Positions 30,831 through 38,947 of a stretch of 64,000 nt of DNA are shown here, in pieces. The DNA lies in NCBI GenBank assembly GCA_041390205.1, contig JAWKQJ010000007.1, positions 27,777-91,776 on the forward strand. Reading direction: 5' to 3'. A program made the translations under genes and the position numbers. Position 1 is the first letter of the stretch. Each line of letters starts with the position of its first letter. Origin of the DNA: Gemmatimonadales bacterium (lineage in GTDB: Bacteria; Gemmatimonadota; Gemmatimonadetes; Gemmatimonadales; GWC2-71-9). The notes under the pieces are model-generated. The model had not been told where the DNA came from. It did no database searches and worked only from the letters and a program-made list of their open reading frames with translations.

Positions 30831-31775
30831 GTGCTCATCAATTTGCTGCCGGATTTCATCGAAATCCTGGCGTCGGCAAACCGAGAAGCAGCCTATCACC
30901 GCTACTTCGAAGCCCACCGGGCCGTCCTCTCGGCCTATTGGAACAACTACGTCCTCGATCCCGAGAGCACGCACGCCCACGAGGTCATCGCCACGACCTT
31001 GCGTGCCGATCGCAGCGACCTGAAGGCGCTGCTCCAGACGGTCCGCTTGAGCGAGCTGGCCGAGGAAGCCGTGGCCCGTGCCTTCGAGCTGCTCGGCATC
31101 GAGCGTCCGACCGACGTCGTCCTCATGGTCGGCGTCGGCGCCGCGAACGCCGGAGAGCTGGTGGTGAACGGGCGCGGGGTGGCCTTCATCTGCGTCGAGC
31201 ACTTCACCGGCAAGGTCAACCCGACCACCTTCGGCCTGGGCCTGTCCCCCGATCTGATTCCGCTCTGGATCGCGCACGAGCTGGCCCACACCGTCCGCTA
31301 CACCTCGGACCAGAGCGCCAGCGAGCTCAGACGTCTCGTCGAGGCCTGCGGCGGCTACTACGACTACTGGGCCACCGGCAGCCGGGCGCCTCTGCGCGAG
31401 CTGCTCCTCAACGAAGGCCTGGCCGTGCATGCCGCCGAGCAGGTGGCTCCGGGGCACGACCAAGCCGACTACTTCGGCTATCCCAAGCGTCACTTCCAGC
31501 GAATGCGCGAGCTCGAGGCCTTCCTTCGTCGGGCGGCGCACCATGACCTCGACCGATCCGGCATCGGCCTGAGGCTCCGCTTCCTGTCGGGCGGGATGAG
31601 CCCGGCCTCCCGGCTGGCTCTGGGCCGGGTGCTTCCCGAGCGATCGGGCTACTACCTGGGCTACCGGATGGCGGAGGCGCTGGTTCGGGAACGGGGAATC
31701 TCGGAGGCCCTCCGCGCCCATTCGTCCGAGTTCGCCACCGCCGAGGAGCAGGCGAGCGAAATCCGCACCGCATGA
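30831..31775 (+). CDS. Putative zinc-dependent peptidase (HExxH, DUF2268-like)
   Basis: GTG start; HELAH motif in IAHELAHTVRY. No other recognisable family signature. Confidence 0.55.
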   Translation: MLINLLPDFIEILASANREAAYHRYFEAHRAVLSAYWNNYVLDPESTHAHEVIATTLRADRSDLKALLQTVRLSELAEEAVARAFELLGIERPTDVVLMVGVGAANAGELVVNGRGVAFICVEHFTGKVNPTTFGLGLSPDLIPLWIAHELAHTVRYTSDQSASELRRLVEACGGYYDYWATGSRAPLRELLLNEGLAVHAAEQVAPGHDQADYFGYPKRHFQRMRELEAFLRRAAHHDLDRSGIGLRLRFLSGGMSPASRLALGRVLPERSGYYLGYRMAEALVRERGISEALRAHSSEFATAEEQASEIRTA

Positions 31776-31984
31776 CCGGCGGCGGCCGCGTCGTCATCAC
31801 GGTCAAGCCGAACGGTCCCCTCCTGGTGGAAGGACAGGTCACGATCCAGGATCCGTCGGGCCGGCCGATCCCGGTTCCCACGCCGAAACGGCCCGGTCCG
31901 GTCAAGCTGTGTCGCTGCGGTCGGAGCGGCATGAAGCCGTTCTGCGACGGCACCCATCGCGACACGGCGGCCGCGGCTTCCTGA
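31772..31984 (+). CDS. CDGSH iron-sulfur domain protein
   Basis: CRCGRSGMKPFCDGTH signature. 4-nt overlap with the upstream gene. Confidence 0.85.
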   Translation: MTGGGRVVITVKPNGPLLVEGQVTIQDPSGRPIPVPTPKRPGPVKLCRCGRSGMKPFCDGTHRDTAAAAS

Positions 31985-31989
31985 GCGGG

Positions 31990-33312
31990 CTACTTCCCGA
32001 TGCAGAAGCGGGCGAAGAGCCGATCCAGCACGTCGTCCACGACCACGACGCCGATCAGCGAGTCGAGCTGGTCCACGGCCGACCTGACCTGGTGAGCCAC
32101 GATGGCCGGGTCGCCGTCGCCCAACCGGCCACGGGCGTCGATCAACGCCTGGCGAGCCGCCGCGAGCGCGTGTCGATGCCGCTCCTGGGTCAGCATCGGC
32201 TCGAGCGACTCCGGCCCGATTCGACGAGCGAAGAGTCGCTCGCCTAGCTCGCGTCGCAGGTCGCCAAGACCCTGACCGGTGAGGGCCGACACGGCGAGCC
32301 CTGGAGCCGCCTGGAGATCGGACTTGGTTCGGACCACGATCGCCGGATGCGAGGCCTCGAGCGCCAGCTCTTCCTGATCGAGCTCCCGTCCGCCCTCGAC
32401 ACAGATCAACACCAGGTCGGCCGCGGCCAGATAGCGGCGACTCACCTCGACGCCCATCCGCTCGACCCGGTCGTCCGAGTCCCGGAGCCCAGCCGTGTCG
32501 ACCAGCCGAATCGGCCAGCCCTCCACCTGCCCCGGCGCCTCGATCGCGTCCCGGGTGGTTCCCGGAACTTCGGTCACCAGGGCCCGCTCTTCTCCGACCA
32601 GCGCGTTGAACAGGGAGCTCTTGCCCACGTTGGGCCGCCCGGCGAGCACGACCAGGGCGCCCGTCCTGAGCTTGGTTCCGATCGGCGCGGTGGCGAGGAG
32701 CGCGTCGGTCGCGCCGACGGCGGTCTCGAACGCCGAATCGATCCGGCCCCGATCGATCGGGCCGTCATCTTCCTCCGGAAAGTCGATCTCGTAGCTCAAC
32801 AGCGCCTCGAGCTCGATCAGGTCGGACCGGAGTCGCTCGATCCGCCGCGACAGACCGCCCTCCATCTGGGCCAGCGCCGCCCGCGCCTGGATCGGCGCCG
32901 TCGCGTCGATCAGGTCCCCGATCGCCTCGGCCTGGAGCAGATCGATCTTGCCGTGCTCGAGCGCCCGTCTGGTGAACTCGCCCGGTCCGGCCTGTCGGGC
33001 GCCGCCCGCCTCGAGCGCGGCCAGGAGCCGGGCCGGGGCGAGCACCCCGCCATGCCCGCTGAACTCCACCAGGTCCTCCCCGGTGTAGCTCGCCGGGCCG
33101 CGAAAGAACACCACCAGGCCGCTGTCGATCGGGCCGGTCGCGTCGTACCAGGTGGCGCGCGTGGCGCTGCGGTAGGGGGGAAGCGGAGCGTCGTCCGGCA
33201 TGCAGAGGATCCGCCGGGCGATCCCGAAGGCGCCGTTGCCGGACAGTCGGACGACCGCCAGGGCGGATCGCCCCGGCGGGGTTGCCAGGGCGCAGATCGG
33301 GTCAGAGAGCAT
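31990..33312 (-). CDS. mnmE: tRNA modification GTPase MnmE
   Basis: G1 GRPNVGKSSLFNAL, DTAGLR, C-terminal FCIGK. Confidence 0.95.
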   Translation of the reverse strand: MLSDPICALATPPGRSALAVVRLSGNGAFGIARRILCMPDDAPLPPYRSATRATWYDATGPIDSGLVVFFRGPASYTGEDLVEFSGHGGVLAPARLLAALEAGGARQAGPGEFTRRALEHGKIDLLQAEAIGDLIDATAPIQARAALAQMEGGLSRRIERLRSDLIELEALLSYEIDFPEEDDGPIDRGRIDSAFETAVGATDALLATAPIGTKLRTGALVVLAGRPNVGKSSLFNALVGEERALVTEVPGTTRDAIEAPGQVEGWPIRLVDTAGLRDSDDRVERMGVEVSRRYLAAADLVLICVEGGRELDQEELALEASHPAIVVRTKSDLQAAPGLAVSALTGQGLGDLRRELGERLFARRIGPESLEPMLTQERHRHALAAARQALIDARGRLGDGDPAIVAHQVRSAVDQLDSLIGVVVVDDVLDRLFARFCIGK

Positions 33313-33350
33313 CGTCGCGAGTCACGCTCGAGACGGCGCCGGTGGTGCGG

Positions 33351-35051
33351 CTACCGCTTCGCCTTCCGCTGGGGGGCTCCCCGGGCGGCGGGCTTGCCCC
33401 CCGTCTTGAGCCGTTCCTTCGCCACGAACCACTGCTGCGGAATGCTCGCGATGTTGATGGTCGCGTAGTACAAGTTGAGCCCCGACGCGAACTTGAAGAA
33501 CAGCACGACCATCATCAGCGGCATCACGTAGAGCATCACCTTCATCTGCGGGTTCGGCGGCAGGCCAATCTGGCCCACCTTCGTCACCGCGAACATGGAG
33601 ACGCCCATCGCGATCGGCGTGATGAACAGGGGATCGGGTCTGGCCAGATCCGGCAGCCAGAGGAACGAGGCGCCTCGAAGCTCGATCGAGTTCTGAAAGA
33701 CGAAGAAGAGGGCGATCAGGATCGGCCAGGGCAGGAGCAGGGGCCAACACCCGCTGAACGGGTTGACGTTGTGCTCCTTGTAGACCTTGAACATCTCCTG
33801 CTGGAGCTTCTGAGGCTCGTTCTGGTGCTTCTCCTGCAGCTCTTTCAGGATCGGCTGGATCGCCTGCATCTGCATCCCGGCCCGCATCGCCCGCTGATTG
33901 AGCGGCCAGAGCACGACCCGGATCAGGATGCCGAAGAGGATCAGGCCCAGACCGTAGGCCAGCCCCAGCCGCTCGTGGAACCAGACCAGCAGCCAGCGGG
34001 CGCCCACGGCGACCGGGCGGATGATCGGTCGGAGCCACGCCCAACCATACGGATTGATGTCGTCGAAGTCGTGACCGATGGCCTGCAGGCGCGGGTACTC
34101 CATCGGTCCGAGGTAGAGCTCGTAGCCGAAATCCCCCGACGCCTGCACCGGCAAGCTGGTCCAGATGGTGGCCGCCTCCGGGGTCCGGTGTACCTGGTCG
34201 GTGGCGACGACATAGGTCCCGCCGATTCCGCCGTGGCCGGCGCGGGTCGAGTCGAGCGCGAGGAGCGCGGCCGCGAAGTACTTCGACTTGACCGCGACCC
34301 ACTCGAATGGACCGGTCAGCGACTGCGGCTCGCCGACGTCGAGCTTCGAGAAGTGGGTGAGCTCGGAGCGCGACGCCTTGGTCACGATCCCGAGCTCTCG
34401 CGCGTGCTCGACGCTGTCGGCCTCGGTGTTCCTGAGCCCCGGTCCCATCCCGACCAGGAGCGTCCCGCCGTTCGGCCCGATCCCGGTCACCCGCCCCGAG
34501 ACCGCGATCCGATACTCGTCCGGCAGGAAGCGGTAGGTGAGCTCGACCCCGAGCTCTCCTTCCCCACCCCTGAAGGTGAGGCTGGAGGGCCCGGTCACTT
34601 CGAGCGAGCGGGCCGAAGGGCTCAGGGTCCACTTGGAGATCCGAACGGTGTCCCGGCCGACCAACACCGCGGCCGCCAGGAGCTCGGTCTCGGGAGGAAG
34701 GATCTGGGCCGCCCGATCCGGCTCGTCGGGCCGCATCGACTTGTAGTTGATGAGCGTCGCGCCCACCAGCTGCCCACCCTGCGTGGAGAATTGGTACCGG
34801 TAGAGCGAGGAGCTCACCGTGATGGTGTCAGCCCGGGCCCTCGCGGGAAGAGCCGCTACGGGCGGCGGCGCGGAGTCCTCGACCACCGCTGGCGACCCCG
34901 CCGGGCCGACCACCGCCGACGGCGCGGGCGGCTCGACCACCTGCCCGGAGGTCGCGGCCGCTGAGGTCGGCGGCGGCCGCTTGATGAACAGCGACGGGAG
35001 TATGACTACGGCCACCATCAACGCGATGGCCAAGAAGAAGCGACGATCCAT
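33351..35051 (-). CDS. yidC: Membrane protein insertase YidC
   Basis: Large periplasmic domain, then a conserved core (GWAWLRPIIRP..., MQAIQPILKELQEKH, NVNPFSGCWPLLLPWPILIALF). Confidence 0.95.
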   Translation of the reverse strand: MDRRFFLAIALMVAVVILPSLFIKRPPPTSAAATSGQVVEPPAPSAVVGPAGSPAVVEDSAPPPVAALPARARADTITVSSSLYRYQFSTQGGQLVGATLINYKSMRPDEPDRAAQILPPETELLAAAVLVGRDTVRISKWTLSPSARSLEVTGPSSLTFRGGEGELGVELTYRFLPDEYRIAVSGRVTGIGPNGGTLLVGMGPGLRNTEADSVEHARELGIVTKASRSELTHFSKLDVGEPQSLTGPFEWVAVKSKYFAAALLALDSTRAGHGGIGGTYVVATDQVHRTPEAATIWTSLPVQASGDFGYELYLGPMEYPRLQAIGHDFDDINPYGWAWLRPIIRPVAVGARWLLVWFHERLGLAYGLGLILFGILIRVVLWPLNQRAMRAGMQMQAIQPILKELQEKHQNEPQKLQQEMFKVYKEHNVNPFSGCWPLLLPWPILIALFFVFQNSIELRGASFLWLPDLARPDPLFITPIAMGVSMFAVTKVGQIGLPPNPQMKVMLYVMPLMMVVLFFKFASGLNLYYATINIASIPQQWFVAKERLKTGGKPAARGAPQRKAKR

Positions 35052-35077
35052 TTTCTATTGCCGACTCGGTGGAGGTC

Positions 35078-35317
35078 TCACGGCACCGGATCGTAACCAC
35101 CCGAGTGGAACGGGTGGCACTTGATCAGCCGCCGGAACCCCAGCCACGAGCCCTTGAGCAGTCCATACCGATCGATCGCCTCGAGCGTGTACTGCGAACA
35201 GCTCGGAACGAATCGACACCGGGGAGGCAAGGCCGGGGACACGAATCGCTGGTACCCTCGGATCAGCAGCATCCCGATCCGCCGCGGCGCCCCGACCACC
35301 ATCCCGACGACGTTCAC
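35078..35317 (-). CDS. yidD: Membrane protein insertion efficiency factor YidD
   Basis: [44 protein letters not shown]. The GTG at 35317 overlaps the rnpA stop (GTGA). Alternative ATG at 35302. Confidence 0.85.
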   Translation of the reverse strand: MNVVGMVVGAPRRIGMLLIRGYQRFVSPALPPRCRFVPSCSQYTLEAIDRYGLLKGSWLGFRRLIKCHPFHSGGYDPVP

Positions 35318-35664
35318 CCGCCAGCGCCGAGATCGGCCAGCCACGTGGCCACGTCGGCCCTCAACTCGGCGAACGATGCCCCGTAGGCCTGCCGCCTGGC
35401 CCTGATCACGACGTCCAGGGGACCGGCCTCCGAAGCGAGGCGGCGAGCCAGTTCCCTGAGTCGCCGCCGCAAACGATTGCGGGCCACCGCGGTCGACTGG
35501 AACTTGGGTACGATCAATCCCAGTCGCAGGTGACCCGCTTCCCTTCGCCTCCATGCCACCTCGATGAAACCCAGCCGCCGGCGGTGACCCCGCTCCAGGA
35601 CCCGACGTACCTCGTCGGTCCGCGCGAGCCGGCCCGCCCGCTCGGTCCCTCGACCCGCCGTCAA
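35314..35664 (-). CDS. rnpA: Ribonuclease P protein component
   Basis: C-terminal part of ORF 35314-37638: [15 protein letters not shown]...[27 protein letters not shown] at 35664 overlaps the rpmH stop (TTGA). Start choice inferred. Confidence 0.75.
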   Translation of the reverse strand: MTAGRGTERAGRLARTDEVRRVLERGHRRRLGFIEVAWRRREAGHLRLGLIVPKFQSTAVARNRLRRRLRELARRLASEAGPLDVVIRARRQAYGASFAELRADVATWLADLGAGG

Positions 35665-35822
35665 CGACCTCCGTGCTTCGAGGCCAACTTGACGGTCAAC
35701 TGCTTCCGGCCCTTTTTCCGCCGGCGAGACAACACGGCCCGACCCCATCGCGTCGCCATCCGCGCGCGGAACCCATGACGGTTCACGCGCTTGCGATTTC
35801 GCGGGCGGAACGTAGGCTGCAT
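35661..35822 (-). CDS. rpmH: 50S ribosomal protein L34
   Basis: Not in the ORF track (53 aa). My translation is [53 protein letters not shown], which matches the L34 consensus over the first ~44 aa. Confidence 0.9.
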   Translation of the reverse strand: MQPTFRPRNRKRVNRHGFRARMATRWGRAVLSRRRKKGRKQLTVKLASKHGGR

Positions 35823-35855
35823 CTGCTCCCTCAAATCCTTGGTAATGAGCCCGAA

Positions 35856-35885
35856 AAGCTAGCTCCGACATGGGGTTGCGGTCAA
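35856..35885 (-). promoter_or_regulatory. Candidate rpmH promoter TTGACC-N18-TAGCTT
   Basis: -35 is ggtcaa at 35880-35885 (plus strand). -10 is aagcta at 35856-35861, 33 nt upstream of the rpmH ATG. Confidence 0.4.
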
Positions 35886-35887
35886 GG

Positions 35888-35916
35888 TTGACTTTTCCAC
35901 ACAGGGGTCGTAGGTT
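35888..35916 (+). promoter_or_regulatory. Candidate dnaA promoter TTGACT-N17-TAGGTT with an embedded DnaA box TTTTCCACA (35893-35901)
   Basis: ttgact 35888-35893, taggtt 35911-35916. The box matches TTATCCACA at 8/9 positions and overlaps the -35/spacer. Confidence 0.45.
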
Positions 35917-35952
35917 CGCTGCCCCTTCGACGGCCCCCCTCTGGTTCGAGGC

Positions 35953-37344
35953 GTGATGCAGCTCTCTCCGAAAGAGGCGTGGAAGCGCATTCTCGATGAG
36001 GCCCGTCGAGAGCTTCCGGAACAAGCCGTGACCACGTGGCTTGCCCCAGCCGAGCCCCGGGGAATCGAGGACGGCAGCTTCATTCTCGAGCTGCCGGACG
36101 AGTTCGCCGTCAAGTGGAACCAGGCCAAGCACGCCGGTCTGCTCACCCGACTCGCCCAACAGGTCGTCGGTCAGAACACCGAAGTGGCCTTCCGGGTGTC
36201 GGGAGAGCGGCTCCAGCGGCCGCAGATCGACTTCTTCGTCGAGCAGCCCGCCGAGGAGCCCCAGCCGGCCGCCCCGAAGGTGACCCCTTCGCCCCAGCCC
36301 CTGAACGAGCGCTACACCTTCGACTCGTTCGTGATCGGCAAGTCCAACGAGCTCGCCGCCGCCGCCGCGCATGCCGTGGCCGAAGCACCCGGGAAGACCT
36401 ACAACCCGCTCTTCATCTACGGCGGAACCGGACTCGGGAAGACCCACCTGATGCAGGCGATCGCCCACGCGGTCCAGCTCAAGGCCCCGGCCACCCGGGT
36501 GGTCTACGTCGGCGCCGAGCATTTCATCAACGAGGTGATCGAAGGGATCCATGGGCGGACCATGCCGCAGCTCCGGCGGCGGTATCGGACCGAAGTGGAC
36601 CTCTTCCTGGTCGACGACATCCACTTCCTGGAGGGCAAGGAGGCCACCCAGGAGGAGTTCTTCCATACCTTCAACACCCTCTACGAGGCCCAGAAGCAGA
36701 TCGTCCTGACCTCCGACAGGCCACCCAAGGAGCTGCCCGGCCTCGAGAGCCGCCTGGTGAGCCGTTTCGGCTGGGGCATGGTGGCCGACATCGGCCAGCC
36801 CGATCTCGAGCACCGGATCGCCATTCTCCGGAAGAAGCAGGAGCAGGACCACCTCGAGACCACCATTCCCGACGACGTCCTGGCCTTCATGGCCGAGCAC
36901 GTCTACTCGAACGTCCGGGAGCTCGAGGGCTGCATCATCAAGCTGCTGCTCTATGCCTCGCTCCGGCACCGTGAGATCACCATCGAGCTCGCCCGCGAGG
37001 CGCTGGCCGATCGGATCCGGCCCGGACCGGCCGCGACGCCCGGCAAGCCCAAGGCGCTCCCCACCATCGACCGCGTCCAGGACGTGGTCGCCCGGCAGTG
37101 GGGCGTGACCCCCGAAGGGCTCCGCTCGAAAGCCCGCATCAAGAGCCTGACCGTGCCCCGCCAGATCGCGATGTACCTGGCCCGGGAGGTCCTCAACATG
37201 CAGCTCGTGGAGATCGGCCAGGCCTTCGGCGGACGCGATCATTCGACCGTGATCCACAGCGTCGACAAGGTGCAGCGGCAGCTGGCCCGCGACCGCTCCT
37301 TCCGTGAGCGCGTCGAATCCGCGCGGGCCCAACTGGGCACCTGA
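35953..37344 (+). CDS. dnaA: Chromosomal replication initiator protein DnaA
   Basis: Walker A GGTGLGKTHL, box VII/sensor motifs, C-terminal DNA-binding domain (...FGGRDHSTVIHSVDKV). GTG at 35953 or ATG at 35956. Confidence 0.95.
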   Translation: MMQLSPKEAWKRILDEARRELPEQAVTTWLAPAEPRGIEDGSFILELPDEFAVKWNQAKHAGLLTRLAQQVVGQNTEVAFRVSGERLQRPQIDFFVEQPAEEPQPAAPKVTPSPQPLNERYTFDSFVIGKSNELAAAAAHAVAEAPGKTYNPLFIYGGTGLGKTHLMQAIAHAVQLKAPATRVVYVGAEHFINEVIEGIHGRTMPQLRRRYRTEVDLFLVDDIHFLEGKEATQEEFFHTFNTLYEAQKQIVLTSDRPPKELPGLESRLVSRFGWGMVADIGQPDLEHRIAILRKKQEQDHLETTIPDDVLAFMAEHVYSNVRELEGCIIKLLLYASLRHREITIELAREALADRIRPGPAATPGKPKALPTIDRVQDVVARQWGVTPEGLRSKARIKSLTVPRQIAMYLAREVLNMQLVEIGQAFGGRDHSTVIHSVDKVQRQLARDRSFRERVESARAQLGT

Positions 37345-37486
37345 TGGAGCCGAGGCCGCTAACCCCTGAGTCGACGGCCACTCCGGCGGTCGGCGCATGG
37401 GCGGCCTCCCCGTCCCGCCGAGCCGCCGCCCCCGACCGGCGCTTCCCGACCCAATCAGGGGCGATGGCAGCCCTGGAGCTGACGGC

Positions 37487-38596
37487 ATGAAGTTCACGAT
37501 CACCCGCGAGAAGCTGCACGAGGGGCTCGGCGCGGTCACCGGCATCGTCCCCACCAAGACGACGTTGCCGGTGCTCTCCAACATCCTGGTCGAGAGCACC
37601 GGCGGCGGGATCCGACTCTCCGGCACCGACCTCGACATCGCGGTCTCGACCGTCGTCCCGGCCCAGGTGGATCAGGAGGGCGCCACTACCCTGCCCGCCC
37701 GGAAGCTCGCCGAGATCGTCCGGGAGCTGCCCAGCGCGGCCATTCGATTCGCCAGCTCAGGCGAGCAGCGGGTCCAGATCGAGTGTGGCCGCTCCCGCTT
37801 CAAGCTGCTCGGCTTGTCCCGTGACGAGTTCCCGTCTCTTCCGGCGGTCCGATTCGAGGACGGTTGGTCGCTCGCGGCCAAGGACCTCCAGAAGCTGATC
37901 GGCCACGTGGCCTTCGCCGCGAGCACCGAGGAGAGCCGGCCGATCCTGAACGGCATCCTCTGGGAGCTGCGCCAGGATCGGATGCGGATGGTCGCGACCA
38001 ATGGCCACCGGTTGGCGCGGATGGACATCCCGGTGAAAGGCGCCGGGGGTGAGGCCGTCCTGATCGTGCCCCCCAAAGCCCTCGAGCAGATCCGCCGGCT
38101 CTTCCGGCCCGAGGACCAGATCGAGATCGCCAGGAGCGACAACCACTTGGGCTTCCGCTCCGCCGAGACCCAGGTCTATACCCGGCTGATCGAGGGACCG
38201 TACCCCAACTACGAGCCGGGCATTCCGCGCGACAACGACAAGATCGTCACCGTCGATCGCGCCGCCTTCGCCGGCGCGATCCGTCGCATGAGCATCGTGG
38301 CCAGCGACCAGACCCACCGGGTCCGGCTGGCCTTCACCAACGGCGCCTGCAAGCTCTCGGTCACCACCCCCGACCTCGGCGACGCCCAGGAAGAAATCGC
38401 CGTCTCCTACGACGGCGACCCGCTCGAGATCGGCTTCAACGCGTCGTACCTCCTCGAGATCCTCAAGTTCATGCCGACCGACGAGGTGCGCCTCGCGTTC
38501 AAGGCGCCCGAGCGGGCCGCCACGATGGAGCCGGTCGGCTGGGACGACCCCGCGAGCTATCTGACCCTGGTGATGCCGTTGCGCTTGCTCGCCTGA
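37487..38596 (+). CDS. dnaN: DNA polymerase III beta sliding clamp, copy 1 (divergent pocket motif YPNYEPGIP)
   Basis: ATG at 37487. 369 aa: MKFTITREKL..., ATNGHRLA, LVMPLRLLA. Confidence 0.9.
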   Translation: MKFTITREKLHEGLGAVTGIVPTKTTLPVLSNILVESTGGGIRLSGTDLDIAVSTVVPAQVDQEGATTLPARKLAEIVRELPSAAIRFASSGEQRVQIECGRSRFKLLGLSRDEFPSLPAVRFEDGWSLAAKDLQKLIGHVAFAASTEESRPILNGILWELRQDRMRMVATNGHRLARMDIPVKGAGGEAVLIVPPKALEQIRRLFRPEDQIEIARSDNHLGFRSAETQVYTRLIEGPYPNYEPGIPRDNDKIVTVDRAAFAGAIRRMSIVASDQTHRVRLAFTNGACKLSVTTPDLGDAQEEIAVSYDGDPLEIGFNASYLLEILKFMPTDEVRLAFKAPERAATMEPVGWDDPASYLTLVMPLRLLA

Positions 38597-38696
38597 TGGC
38601 GTCGCGACCAGCCCGGACCGCCACGCTGGTCATCCGGTGGGCAGCGGAATCGACATCCCCCATTTGCCCGAGCGCTCCGTGAGCGGCGTCAGGCCT

Positions 38697-38931
38697 CGTG
38701 GATAGCTCGACGGTCGATGACGACAACCGCGTTGGGAACTTGTGGAAGAGCGGGAGGCCCGGGCCCGGCGGGCTCGGTTTCCCAGACTGCCAACACCGCC
38801 CGGCGCGTCGGCGGGTGAGATAAGCGCTCTGCCCTCCAGCGCTTGGCGGACCCGTCCACAATCCCACGACTCTACGATTACTACGGTTTCTAAATTAAGA
38901 TTTGCAGTCATAGAAAAGAGCATGGGCAAAA
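38697..38931. promoter_or_regulatory. Candidate oriC core/DUE or dnaN-2 promoter: three DnaA-box-like 9-mers plus an AT-rich tract
   Basis: CGTGGATAG 38697-38705, TGTGGAAGA 38741-38749 and CCGTCCACA 38852-38860 match the box consensus at 6-7 of 9 positions and keep the TCCAC core. 38871-38930 is 21/60 G+C (35%) by my count. Confidence 0.4.
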
Positions 38932-38947
38932 CCCCGGAGCGGACCGC

